The notes beneath the pieces are model-generated. The model was given only the letters and a program-made list of their open reading frames with translations, was not told the DNA's origin and searched no databases. Below, piece by piece: positions 36,782 through 46,357 of a DNA stretch of 64,000 bases (the stretch's first letter is position 1; each line of letters starts with the position of its first letter). Where the stretch lies: positions 4,163 through 68,162 of the forward strand of contig DHMN01000028.1 of NCBI GenBank assembly GCA_002405805.1, written 5' to 3'. A program made the position numbers and the translations under genes. The DNA comes from Cyanobacteria bacterium UBA4641. GTDB lineage: Bacteria; Cyanobacteriota; Vampirovibrionia; Gastranaerophilales; Gastranaerophilaceae.

Positions 36782-38155
36782 ATGGCTGTAGAAAGACAAC
36801 ATGTAAAAGAACAAGACAAAGTAGCCAGACGTTCAAATTTTGAACCTGTAGAAAGCAACTTGACACCTGAACAAGTAAAACTTGAGGCATCAAGATGCTT
36901 GCACTGCAAAAATCCGCGCTGCGTTCAAGGATGTCCTGTAAACATTCAAATTCCTGAATTTATTCAGGCTCTAAAAGAAGATAACTTAGATAAAGCAGGA
37001 CAAATAATCCGCCAAACAAGTATGTTACCTTCGGTTTGCGGCAGGGTTTGCCCACAAGAAAGACAATGTGAAGGCAATTGTATACTTGGAATTAAAGGGG
37101 AAGCGGTTGCTATCGGAGCACTTGAGCGATATGTCGGCGATAACACAAAAGCCGATATGCCGGAAATTAAACCTTCTGGTAAAAAAGTTGCCGTTATCGG
37201 TTCAGGTTGCGCAGGTATTACCGCAGCAGCCGACCTTAGAAAAGCAGGTCACGAAGTTGTTGTTTTTGAAGCCTTACATAAACTTGGCGGAGTATTGAGA
37301 TATGGAATCCCTCCGTTCAGACTTCCAAGAACAATTCTTGATAGAGAAATTACAAACTTAAAAGCTATGGGCGTTGAGTTTCATACAAATGTTATTGTCG
37401 GAAAATCTATCACTATCCAACAATTGAAAGATGATGGATTTGATGCAATATTTATCTGCTCAGGCGCAGGTTTACCGAAAATGATGCACATAAAAGGTGA
37501 AAACCTTAACGGTGTATTTTCTGCAAACGAATTTCTTACTCGTGTAAACCTTATGGGTGCAGGCAGAGATAAAGATTCAATAACACCGCTTAGAGTCGGT
37601 AAAAAAGTTGCCGTAATCGGTGGTGGTAACGTTGCGATGGATGCAGCAAGAACAGCCGTACGTGTCGGATTTGAAGAAGTTTCTATTTTATATAGAAGAA
37701 CAGAAAAAGAACTTCCTGCAAGACTTGAAGAAATCAGACACGCTAAAGAAGAAGGTGTTATTTTCAAATTTTTGCACGCACCAGTTGAAATCTTGAACAA
37801 AGACGGTTACGTTGCAGGCATGAAATTTGAAATTATGGAACTTGGAGAACCTGATGCATCAGGCAGAAGAAGACCTGTCGGAACAGGTGAATATGTAACA
37901 GAAGATGTTGATACAGTAATTGTTGCACTAGGTACAGGTCCAAATCCGATTATCCAAAAATCAGCAGAACATGAAGGTATTGAAATTATCACTGACCCAA
38001 AAGGATATATTTCAGTAAATCCTGATACCAGAGCAACAAATATTCCGTGTGTATACGCAGGGGGTGACGTTGCGCCTGTTGGAGCATCTAATGCAATTAA
38101 CGCAATGGGTGCAGGCAAAAAAGCTGCAAAAGCAATTAATGAATTACTAAAATAA
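36782..38155 (+). CDS. GltD/SudA-family NAD(P)H-dependent FAD oxidoreductase (glutamate synthase small-chain-like)
   Basis: N-terminal Fe-S cysteines 'CLHCKNPRCVQGCPV' and 'CGRVCPQERQCEGNC'. Two Rossmann motifs 'VAVIGSGCAGITAA' and 'VAVIGGGNVAMDAA'. C-terminal 'YAGGDV'. Confidence 0.85.
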   Translation: MAVERQHVKEQDKVARRSNFEPVESNLTPEQVKLEASRCLHCKNPRCVQGCPVNIQIPEFIQALKEDNLDKAGQIIRQTSMLPSVCGRVCPQERQCEGNCILGIKGEAVAIGALERYVGDNTKADMPEIKPSGKKVAVIGSGCAGITAAADLRKAGHEVVVFEALHKLGGVLRYGIPPFRLPRTILDREITNLKAMGVEFHTNVIVGKSITIQQLKDDGFDAIFICSGAGLPKMMHIKGENLNGVFSANEFLTRVNLMGAGRDKDSITPLRVGKKVAVIGGGNVAMDAARTAVRVGFEEVSILYRRTEKELPARLEEIRHAKEEGVIFKFLHAPVEILNKDGYVAGMKFEIMELGEPDASGRRRPVGTGEYVTEDVDTVIVALGTGPNPIIQKSAEHEGIEIITDPKGYISVNPDTRATNIPCVYAGGDVAPVGASNAINAMGAGKKAAKAINELLK

Positions 38156-38212
38156 TTATTATAAAAAGGAAATACTCTAATTTGGGTATTTCCTTTTATT
38201 GAAAGAGGGAGT

Positions 38213-38656
38213 ATGAATCAAGAAAACGAAATACAAGCAGGTAGAAATATATTTAAACTTGATGGACCAATTGGCAGAAAAAGGTTTATCCAAACTTTGG
38301 TAGTTTTGCTTATAGTTAATATTGCAGTTTGGGTTCTTGTTGCATTGATAACCTTACCATTTGGAATAAATATTTACACATTCCCAATTTGCGCGATTAT
38401 AGTTGGGCTTTTCATTATCATCGCAATATATATTTCTTTAATAAATTATATGAAAAGATTTTTCGATATAATGGGGCGCAAAGATAGAGCGATTCTTTAT
38501 GCTTTGTTGCTACAAATAGGAACACTTGCAATATCTTTCATTCCGCAAATAAAATATTTAGGATTAGCTATAGGACTTATGGCACTTATCTTTTGTCTAT
38601 TCAAAAAAGGTCAACTTGTACAACCGCGCAACAACACAGATGAACAACAAGCTTAA
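38213..38656 (+). CDS. DUF805-like small membrane protein
   Basis: 'GPIGRKRFIQTLVVLLIVNIAVWVL' followed by 3-4 TM helices. Confidence 0.5.
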   Translation: MNQENEIQAGRNIFKLDGPIGRKRFIQTLVVLLIVNIAVWVLVALITLPFGINIYTFPICAIIVGLFIIIAIYISLINYMKRFFDIMGRKDRAILYALLLQIGTLAISFIPQIKYLGLAIGLMALIFCLFKKGQLVQPRNNTDEQQA

Positions 38657-39494
38657 AATAATTTTATTATCATTTTTAATATTTTCAACAATCGCCATGC
38701 CAGCTGTGGCGATTGACCTTGATATGTCTGTAGATGAAGAAATCAAGAAAAAATATGACACATCAAAAATCCAATATGATATGCCAAGCTTGCCCAAAGT
38801 TAATTCAACAACAGGCTCAAACAATTCATCTTACTCATCTACAGCAACCACTGTTCCAAAGACCTCTCCAACATATATAACAACAGTTCCGAGTGTAACT
38901 GCAGTTGATAAATCTTCTGCGATAAAAATTCCTGCGTGGACAACTTTCAAAGCAAAATCCAATCAACAAATCACGGATAGAATGGCTAAAGGTACAAAAA
39001 TATCATTTACGACAACGGAAAACGTGTACAAAAAATACATTACTATCCCATCTGGGACTAAGCTTTACGGAACAATTACAAATTCTCACGCCCCACAAAA
39101 TACAGGTAATGGCGGACTTGTCGAAATAAAAATCACAAATATGACCTACAAGGGCAAAACTTATGCTCTTGATGGAAAAATCACCAAAGCAAACTCAAAG
39201 AAAATCTTTTTTAACAACATAAAAGGGAAACGCCAATATATCGCAGGCATGGGTAAACAAATTGATAAAGGGGAAGCTTTTTACCACAAGACTCGCAAAA
39301 CGACATCAAAAATGTCCAATAACCCAATACTTGTAATACTTTCACCTATTCCGACAATTGTTGGTATGGCAGGGTATTCAGTGTGCACGGTTTTATCCCC
39401 AATCACCGCAATAACAACAAAAGGCGGACATTTAACAATTCCAACAGGCAGCAGTTTTGAAATAAAACTTTTAGAACCGGCTTACGTTTATTAG
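38640..39494 (+). CDS. Secreted protein with a beta-rich 'IPxGT' module and a hydrophobic segment (module paralog A)
   Basis: Signal peptide 'KLKIILLSFLIFSTIAMPAVA', Ser/Thr-rich linker, 'ITIPSGTKLYGTITNSHAPQNTGNGGLVEIKITNMTYKGKTYALDGKI', hydrophobic 'ILVILSPIPTIVGMAGYSV', terminal 'LTIPTGSSFEIKL'. Overlaps the upstream gene by 17 nt. Confidence 0.6.
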   Translation: MNNKLKIILLSFLIFSTIAMPAVAIDLDMSVDEEIKKKYDTSKIQYDMPSLPKVNSTTGSNNSSYSSTATTVPKTSPTYITTVPSVTAVDKSSAIKIPAWTTFKAKSNQQITDRMAKGTKISFTTTENVYKKYITIPSGTKLYGTITNSHAPQNTGNGGLVEIKITNMTYKGKTYALDGKITKANSKKIFFNNIKGKRQYIAGMGKQIDKGEAFYHKTRKTTSKMSNNPILVILSPIPTIVGMAGYSVCTVLSPITAITTKGGHLTIPTGSSFEIKLLEPAYVY

Positions 39495-39528
39495 GCAAAA
39501 AATAATATTTACATGTTTTACTCTGAAT

Positions 39529-40521
39529 ATGCAAATATATTCAATACCTCAAAACAACTATTCTCAATACAAAACTCAGCCAAAACACGTAAATTTCAGA
39601 GGAATGACCTCAGAATTTGGCAAAGAACTTAAAACAGTAATTCAGCGTGGACAAGCTACAGACTCAGAACAAGCAACCCTTGTCGAACAATTGCGTCAAA
39701 TATTATCAAACCTGACACCTGACAAACAGTTAGGCGAAGGTGCTCACGGAATTGTTTACAAAATCGATGATGATTTTTGCTTAAAAGTTCCTCGCGGAAA
39801 TATGCCGATTGTAGACAAATTGCTAGAACTGCCATCTAACCTTTTTAAAGCTCTTAAAAATTATTATGGAAGTGCTGTTGCAAAATTCAACGACGTAACA
39901 ATCATGAAAAATGTTTCATCAGGTGGAGAACATATTCCTGTCGGTATTCCTGAAAAAATTGCAGTCAAAAACATTCACGCAGATAATATGACATACTATG
40001 AAATGTTCGCCCTTCCTCGAATTGCCGATATGCCACAGAAAAGTTTTGACGAAGTTGCAAAAGATTGTGCCGAATTAAATAAACTTGGAGATGGTAAATA
40101 TACATATAAATTTGATTACAAAAATCCAAATAACTTTGTAATAGTCGGAGATTCAATCAGAACAACAGATGATATTGAAAAAAGATTCGGCAACCGTCCA
40201 AATTCAATTGCAGATTTGCTGAACGTATTTATCAACACGACTTTTCTAAACTGTCGCGCAAATTATAGCCCAAGTGGCGAACCTTTACGCAGAAACTTGA
40301 TGGAAAAAATTATCCTTGCAGGTATGAAAAACGACTTACCGCTAACATCAGGTCTTGGGTCTGATGAAATTTTATGGTACACAATTGCAGATGATTTGTG
40401 TAAATTAAAAACTCCAACAAATGAAATTATGAAAAAACTAACAGAGTTAAAAACTGTTCCTGATGCGGAAAAACGAATAGAATTAACAAAAGAATACCTT
40501 GGAAAAATAATGAAAGACTAA
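39529..40521 (+). CDS. Protein kinase-like protein (atypical)
   Basis: Gly-loop plus Lys 'LGEGAHGIVYKIDDDFCLKVPRG'. Possible catalytic-loop analogue 'FDYKNPNNFVIVG'. No clear DFG or APE. Confidence 0.5.
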   Translation: MQIYSIPQNNYSQYKTQPKHVNFRGMTSEFGKELKTVIQRGQATDSEQATLVEQLRQILSNLTPDKQLGEGAHGIVYKIDDDFCLKVPRGNMPIVDKLLELPSNLFKALKNYYGSAVAKFNDVTIMKNVSSGGEHIPVGIPEKIAVKNIHADNMTYYEMFALPRIADMPQKSFDEVAKDCAELNKLGDGKYTYKFDYKNPNNFVIVGDSIRTTDDIEKRFGNRPNSIADLLNVFINTTFLNCRANYSPSGEPLRRNLMEKIILAGMKNDLPLTSGLGSDEILWYTIADDLCKLKTPTNEIMKKLTELKTVPDAEKRIELTKEYLGKIMKD

Positions 40522-40835
40522 ATTTTTAAGACTCTGGCAAATCTCAAAAGCCTTTGTTTGTCTTGAATATTCAAAGAATCGAATATTTCAACAATTTCAC
40601 TGCGCATATTTTCATCTGTTTCGATATGCTTGTAGTCAAAAAAGTCTTCAATGCTTATCCCCAGTTTTGCTGCAATTTTATCTAAATTAGAAAGTAATGG
40701 AAAATTTTTACCTGATTCAATTTTGCTGATAGATTGAGGTTCAATACCTGCAATTTCAGCCATTTTATCCTGTGTATAGCCAAACTTTTTTCTTATTTCT
40801 TTAAATCTTTTTCCAAAAACTTCTTTTGTATTCAT
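40518..40835 (-). CDS. XRE-family HTH transcriptional regulator
   Basis: 'FKEIRKKFGYTQDKMAEIAGIEPQSISKIESGKNFPLLSNLDKIAAKLGISIEDFF'. Start at ATG 40835; the tracked start is TTG at 40850. Confidence 0.85.
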   Translation of the reverse strand: MNTKEVFGKRFKEIRKKFGYTQDKMAEIAGIEPQSISKIESGKNFPLLSNLDKIAAKLGISIEDFFDYKHIETDENMRSEIVEIFDSLNIQDKQRLLRFARVLKI

Positions 40836-40966
40836 ATTTCCCCTCAACAAAATGTATCAATTATTTGTTAATAAATTAATACATTTATAGGTTAGTTTAT
40901 TGAAATTTTGAACGTTTGAATATAATATATAAATGTTATACTTTATTTTTTGGAGCTTTTGAACTT

Positions 40967-41785
40967 ATGAATAAAAATTTTTGTGCGACAAATGTAGATA
41001 CGCCACCAACAAAGGCGAAATTTGGTTTTACATTAGCAGAAAGTGCTACGCACGTAACTTTGCCACCAACATTGACTAAACTTGGATTTACACTTGCGGA
41101 GGTATTAATCACTCTTGGTGTGATTGGTGTAGTTGCTGCAATGACAATTCCGACATTGATGAGCGCTTATAATAGACATGTCGTAGAAACAAGATTATAT
41201 AAAATCCATTCAACTTTTATGCAAGGAATCAGAATGGCACAAGCTAATTCTGATTCAAATTTCACTGTGCAAAACCCTACAACCGGCAAAGAAGATGTAA
41301 ACGGATTTTCGTGGGAGAATAGCAAGCTTGTTTTTGATGAATATTTTGCACCAGTTTTCAAAATCTCTCACACATACCCTAAAAACACATTATTCAATGT
41401 ATATTCAACAGATGGGCAAGCAAGAGTTAATGGAGCAGGTGATACCAACACATATCAAATTGCACTCCTAGATGGAACAGTTCTGGGGTTCACTAAAGTT
41501 GGTGGTCAAAATACCAGATTTTATTTAGATATTACGATAAATCCGACAAAGAAAAAGTTACTTAGCGGACGCGATACGTTTTTTATTCAATATTCAGATG
41601 ATGGAGAAGGAAATTTTCAAATTTACAACCCTTATACTAAGTTGTATAGCGATGAAAAACTCAAAGAATACTGTACCTCACATGAATCAAGACCTGCATC
41701 ATCAATTTATCCATCAGCGTTTTGTACAGCTTTAATTGTAAAAAACAATTTCAAAATTCCATCTGACTATCCTATCAAATTCTAA
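40967..41785 (+). CDS. Prepilin-type N-terminal domain protein (pilin-like paralog 3) with a duplicated leader motif
   Basis: 'PPTKAKFGFTLAES..LPPTLTKLGFTLAEVLITLGVIGVVAAMTIP'. 'LSGRDTFFIQY'. C-terminal 'CTS...FCTALIVKNNFKIPSDYPIKF'. Start at the ATG with ggag; the tracked start is TTG at 40916. Confidence 0.8.
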   Translation: MNKNFCATNVDTPPTKAKFGFTLAESATHVTLPPTLTKLGFTLAEVLITLGVIGVVAAMTIPTLMSAYNRHVVETRLYKIHSTFMQGIRMAQANSDSNFTVQNPTTGKEDVNGFSWENSKLVFDEYFAPVFKISHTYPKNTLFNVYSTDGQARVNGAGDTNTYQIALLDGTVLGFTKVGGQNTRFYLDITINPTKKKLLSGRDTFFIQYSDDGEGNFQIYNPYTKLYSDEKLKEYCTSHESRPASSIYPSAFCTALIVKNNFKIPSDYPIKF

Positions 41786-41807
41786 ATTGTTATAGTATAA
41801 TCATTTT

Positions 41808-43154
41808 ATGAATATTAATCAGGAATTTGAAACAATAGCTGCAATATCAACACCACTAGGAACAGGTGGTGTTGGGGTCATCAGGATTTCAGGTGACAAA
41901 AGTTTTGATATTGCACAAAAAATAACTAACAAAGATAATTTCCCTGTTGGCAGAATTTGTCACGGCTGGGTTGTAGATGGAGACACAAAAGTTGACGAAG
42001 TTGTTATTCTTCCGTTCAAAAATCCTAACAGCTACACAGGAGAAGATGTCATAGAAATCCAATGCCACGGTGGAGTCAATGTCGTGCGCAACATACTTGA
42101 TATCGTATTGAAAAACGGTGCAAGAATGGCTGAACGCGGAGAATTTACCAAACGCGCATTTCTAAACAAAAAACTTGACTTATCGCAAGCAGAAGCCGTT
42201 GATGATTTGATTCACGCTAAAACTTCAAATTTTGCAATCCAATCTGCGAAAAATTTGTCAGGCGTTTTGGCTACAAAAATCAACGAAATAAAAGGTGAAA
42301 TTTTTGAAACAGCATCAAGAATTGTTGCAGGAATTGATTTTCCTGAAGATGTCACAGAACCTGAATATTCTTATCTTATTGACAGATTTACACATTCAAT
42401 TTCTGAAATCGACAAAATTTTAGCTTGCGCCAAATCATCTGATATTTTGCGCCAAGGTGTAAAAGTTGCAATTGTCGGCAGACCAAATGTCGGCAAATCT
42501 TCATTATTCAATGCACTATTGAACCTTGATAGGGCAATTGTAACAGATATCGCAGGTACAACAAGAGACATTATCAAAGAAAATCTTGACCTTGGAGTTG
42601 CGGTCACATTGATTGACACAGCAGGAATCAGGGAAGATGAAAATATAGATAAGGTTGAAGAAATCGGAATAGAGTATTCAAAACAATCCGCTCAAGAAGC
42701 CGATTTGAACCTGTTTTTGTATGATTCATCTGTCGGGATGACCGATGAGGATTATGAAATTTACAACATCGTAAAAAACAAAACTCACATCGTTGTTGCA
42801 AACAAAATCGACTTGATAAATGATGAATTTTGCGAAATTTTGCCAAATACCGCGAAACTTTCAACGGTTTCTAAAGACGGTTTGGAAGATTTAAAAGACA
42901 AAATGAAGGATATTATTTGCAATTTTTCTCTTGATGAGACAGAATTTATCACAAATAAACGCCAACAACATTGTCTGACAAGAAGCAAAGAAAGCCTTGA
43001 ACGAGCATTGATAGCAGCACGCGCAAACGAGTTGCAGGATATGATTTATATTGACTTAAAGGCAGCATTACTTGCTCTTGATGAAATCACCGGCGAAGTC
43101 ATAACAGATGATATATTAAACAACATCTTTGACCACTTTTGCATTGGCAAGTAA
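41808..43154 (+). CDS. mnmE: tRNA modification GTPase MnmE (TrmE)
   Basis: 'IAAISTPLGTGGVGVIRISG', G1 'GRPNVGKSS', G3 'DTAGIR', G4 'NKID', C-terminal 'FCIGK'. Confidence 0.95.
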   Translation: MNINQEFETIAAISTPLGTGGVGVIRISGDKSFDIAQKITNKDNFPVGRICHGWVVDGDTKVDEVVILPFKNPNSYTGEDVIEIQCHGGVNVVRNILDIVLKNGARMAERGEFTKRAFLNKKLDLSQAEAVDDLIHAKTSNFAIQSAKNLSGVLATKINEIKGEIFETASRIVAGIDFPEDVTEPEYSYLIDRFTHSISEIDKILACAKSSDILRQGVKVAIVGRPNVGKSSLFNALLNLDRAIVTDIAGTTRDIIKENLDLGVAVTLIDTAGIREDENIDKVEEIGIEYSKQSAQEADLNLFLYDSSVGMTDEDYEIYNIVKNKTHIVVANKIDLINDEFCEILPNTAKLSTVSKDGLEDLKDKMKDIICNFSLDETEFITNKRQQHCLTRSKESLERALIAARANELQDMIYIDLKAALLALDEITGEVITDDILNNIFDHFCIGK

Positions 43155-43200
43155 ACTATCGTCTTGGCAAACAATATCCATTGCAAATCGGACAGGGTCA

Positions 43201-43445
43201 TGTCATTCTGAACTTGTTTCAGAATCTCTAATAAAACATATTAGTCTTATGCAAAATTTGTACTATTAGAGACCCTGAAACTCCACAGTCGCATTAAACG
43301 TGACTCCACTTCGTTTCGCACTCTGCTCCTGCTGTTCAGGGTGACATTGACATGGTGTTCGGCTAAAATTCTTAATAGAATAAAAACTAAGCCAAACAAG
43401 TTGACTAGATTTTTAATCCTTTCAGAATGACATAGTTAAACATCG
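43201..43445. repeat. Composite palindromic repeat cluster (type-2 unit, split hairpin, terminal half-site)
   Basis: tgtcattctgaacttgtttcagaatctctaataaaacatattagtcttatgcaaaatttgtactattagagaccctgaaa[53-nt insert]gttcagggtgaca ... cctttcagaatgacatag. Confidence 0.8.
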
Positions 43446-43447
43446 TC

Positions 43448-44008
43448 TTACCTTGAAGATGAATTGTTGTAGTTTTTGTATCTATAACTCAAAATACTAT
43501 AACTTGAAACATCGGATGATGAATCGTCACTATAGAATACAGAGGTTTGAGTAGCTTTTTTGTAGTTTTCTTCATCTAACTTTTCTTGCTTGTTACAAGA
43601 ATAAGAAAATGCGGAAATCTCTGCACTTGTAACACGTCCGTCGTGATTTGTATCCATCTCATCAAAGTTTTCCAAAATTTTATTAACCATATCGGTTGAA
43701 TAAGCACCTGATGCTGCAAGTTGGGTCAACTCAGAACGAGAAACGCCTGATTGAGAAATCGTATTTGTCAAATTGCTCATCTCTTTTGCACTGATTACAC
43801 CATCACCATCTTTATCCAAAGTTGAAAAATTGTTCTGTAAATAAGCTGCAAAAGATTGATTCAATGTCAAATAATTTGAAGTATCGTTTCTTGCTGCCGT
43901 AATATTTTTATATGTAACTCCATCTTGCGGATAAAGTGAGGCAAGATAAGAATATGTATTTGTCAAATTTGATGAAATATTTGAAATAATTGATGCACCT
44001 GATGCCAT
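43448..44008 (-). CDS. EF-hand calcium-binding protein (two canonical loops), no signal peptide
   Basis: 'DKDGDGVISAKE' and 'DTNHDGRVTSAE' fit the 12-residue EF-hand loop D-x-[DN]-x-D-G-x-[IV]-x-x-x-E. Confidence 0.7.
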   Translation of the reverse strand: MASGASIISNISSNLTNTYSYLASLYPQDGVTYKNITAARNDTSNYLTLNQSFAAYLQNNFSTLDKDGDGVISAKEMSNLTNTISQSGVSRSELTQLAASGAYSTDMVNKILENFDEMDTNHDGRVTSAEISAFSYSCNKQEKLDEENYKKATQTSVFYSDDSSSDVSSYSILSYRYKNYNNSSSR

Positions 44009-44114
44009 AATATAAATCCTTTTTTAGTCTTTCTACCTACCCTTATAATAATGATGTTTCTAAAAAAGTCAACCCAAATTTTATTCTATGATAAAATATT
44101 TACGAGGATAAATT

Positions 44115-44699
44115 ATGTTAAAAAACAAAGAAGAAATAATAAACACACTAACTAACGGCGGTGTAATTGCCTACGTAACAGACACAGTTTGGGGATTAGG
44201 CTGTTTGCCTGACAATGAAAAAGCTGTTAAAAAGATTTATGAAATCAAAAAAAGAGAAGCTCAAAAACCCTTAATTTTGATGTCTAACGAAATTTACAAC
44301 CTGCTTGATTACGTAAAACCTATCCCAAAAGTTGGTCAACAACTTATCAAAAAGTATTTTCCGGGGGCATTGACTATCGTAACCGACAAAAGCGACAAAA
44401 CTCCTGACTATATCACATCAAATATGCCAACCGTCGGAATAAGGATTCCTAATAATGAAGTATTTAAAGAGATTTGCGAAATCATCCCAAATCACGTACT
44501 AGCAACAACCAGCGCGAACTTGTCTCATCAACCTTCTGCAAAGACTTATGAACAAGCGGTTGAAAATATGACAGGACTAGCAGACTTGATTATAGAAGAT
44601 TACGGATGTCACGCGCAGGGCTTAGAATCAACTGTAGTCGGCGTTATGAATAACGAATTGAGAATCTTTCGTCAAGGCGCAATTACAATTGATTTGTAA
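44115..44699 (+). CDS. tsaC: L-threonylcarbamoyladenylate synthase (YrdC/TsaC-type)
   Basis: YrdC-domain pattern 'GGVIAYVTDTVWGLGC', 'KKREAQKPLILM', 'GALTIV', 'VGIRIPN', 'TSANLS', 'STVV'. Length 194 aa. Confidence 0.8.
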   Translation: MLKNKEEIINTLTNGGVIAYVTDTVWGLGCLPDNEKAVKKIYEIKKREAQKPLILMSNEIYNLLDYVKPIPKVGQQLIKKYFPGALTIVTDKSDKTPDYITSNMPTVGIRIPNNEVFKEICEIIPNHVLATTSANLSHQPSAKTYEQAVENMTGLADLIIEDYGCHAQGLESTVVGVMNNELRIFRQGAITIDL

Positions 44700-44754
44700 T
44701 GATTTGAAATTTTATCAGGTTTTTACTAAAATTTAGTAAACAAGAGGATTTTTT

Positions 44755-46320
44755 ATGGAACTAATTTTATACATTATTTATTTATACTTGATTATTTATA
44801 CAATTTACCTGTTCATTTTGGCTATGCGTAACCTAAAGGACAGACCTTTTTCTATTGAAAGAAAATATTCAAAGTTTGATGATGTAAAAAGAAATTTTGC
44901 GGTTATTATTTATAGCCACAACCATAAAGAATGTCTTGAACAATTGGTTGAACAAATCAAAATGCAGGATTATCCGTTAGCTGATTTCAAAGTATATGCA
45001 ATTCTTGATGACTGCAATGACGGTTCTGACAAGTTATTTGAAAATGACAATTTCGTACATGTTTTAAATATTCAAGATGTTGGAACTTTGGGCAAAAATC
45101 AATCAATTTCTATGCTTTTAGAAGAATTGAAAAAAGACGACTCAATTGATGCTTATGTATTTATTGACGGAATCCGAAAAATTGATGCAGACTTTTTAAC
45201 CCTTGCAAATGCAGCTCTAAATAAGGCTGATGCCGTAACAGGCGAACTTAATATTAGCAGAGACAATTTGGATATCGTTGACCAAATCAAAGCAGTTCAT
45301 AAAAAATATCTTGCAAATTTTTTCAAACAATCAAGAACATTATTAGGATTAGCTACACAAGTAGATTCCGGATTATTTATTATAAAAAAATCTGTTCTTG
45401 ATGAGACCGAAGGAATTAATTTTAAAGATATCAACAGCGAACTTGAATTTAGCTTGTTGTTATCTCAAACAGGTCACAAATGCGTTTATAATCCGAATAT
45501 TCAATCTTACATCTTGGGTCAAGATTGCACATTCAAAAAGCCGAGATTAACAAAAAGATTCAATTTATTAAAAAATAATTTCAAAAACATCAAATCAATT
45601 AATTTTCCATTCATTGAACATGTTTGTTCTTTATTGAATCCTAATTGCTGGATGTTAATTGCAGCTTATGCCATTTTGATTGCATATTCTTACCATTGTC
45701 AATTTATTGTAAAATGCAACATGGTTATTTTCTCTGCAATCGTACTTATGGCAGTGTTTGGAATAAGCTTAATTAATGCAAAATTGAATATGAAAGAAAT
45801 CAGCCTTTTGATGTTGTACCCAATTTATTCAATTTGCCATATTATCAAAAACTTTCCACCGGTGAGAGTTTTATTGAAAAAACTTGGGGCAAACACAGAC
45901 AAAGAAGTTGATAAACTTGCAATTGATGTTATGGTTCAAACAAAACACGGTGACAGAGGCTGTAAATTAGAATTCATTTCAACTGAAAGTGGATTGTCAA
46001 AAATCCGATTTATTTATAAAAATAAAAAATACACAACATCAGCTCATCTTAGAATGATTGATGCTTTACAACAATTGAAATCAAAGATGGAAGATTACGG
46101 CTTGACTCTAAAAATTTGCAGCTGCTGTAAAAACTTCACCTCTCGCGTTGACGGTTCAACAAATATGCTAAAAGGAGAATGTCACAATGAATTTCCTAGC
46201 CCATTGTTAAACGAACCTCGTCCGACATTGATTTGGAACTCTTGTTCTAGTTTTGAACCTGCTCCAATCAACAATTTCATTGAAGAAATGGCACAAGAAG
46301 TCGAACGCCAACAAGATTAA
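44755..46320 (+). CDS. Membrane-bound family-2 glycosyltransferase-like protein with an extra C-terminal Cys-containing domain
   Basis: N-terminal TM, GT-A start 'FAVIIYSHNHKECLEQLVEQIKMQDYP', 'ILDDCNDGSD', 'FIDGIRKID', about 3 TM helices at residues 300-370, then a ~150-aa domain with 'CSCCKNF...GECHNEF...WNSCSSF'. Confidence 0.6.
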   Translation: MELILYIIYLYLIIYTIYLFILAMRNLKDRPFSIERKYSKFDDVKRNFAVIIYSHNHKECLEQLVEQIKMQDYPLADFKVYAILDDCNDGSDKLFENDNFVHVLNIQDVGTLGKNQSISMLLEELKKDDSIDAYVFIDGIRKIDADFLTLANAALNKADAVTGELNISRDNLDIVDQIKAVHKKYLANFFKQSRTLLGLATQVDSGLFIIKKSVLDETEGINFKDINSELEFSLLLSQTGHKCVYNPNIQSYILGQDCTFKKPRLTKRFNLLKNNFKNIKSINFPFIEHVCSLLNPNCWMLIAAYAILIAYSYHCQFIVKCNMVIFSAIVLMAVFGISLINAKLNMKEISLLMLYPIYSICHIIKNFPPVRVLLKKLGANTDKEVDKLAIDVMVQTKHGDRGCKLEFISTESGLSKIRFIYKNKKYTTSAHLRMIDALQQLKSKMEDYGLTLKICSCCKNFTSRVDGSTNMLKGECHNEFPSPLLNEPRPTLIWNSCSSFEPAPINNFIEEMAQEVERQQD

Positions 46321-46357
46321 TTTGAAATACCTCAAAATCGGAGTGTATAATAAAACT

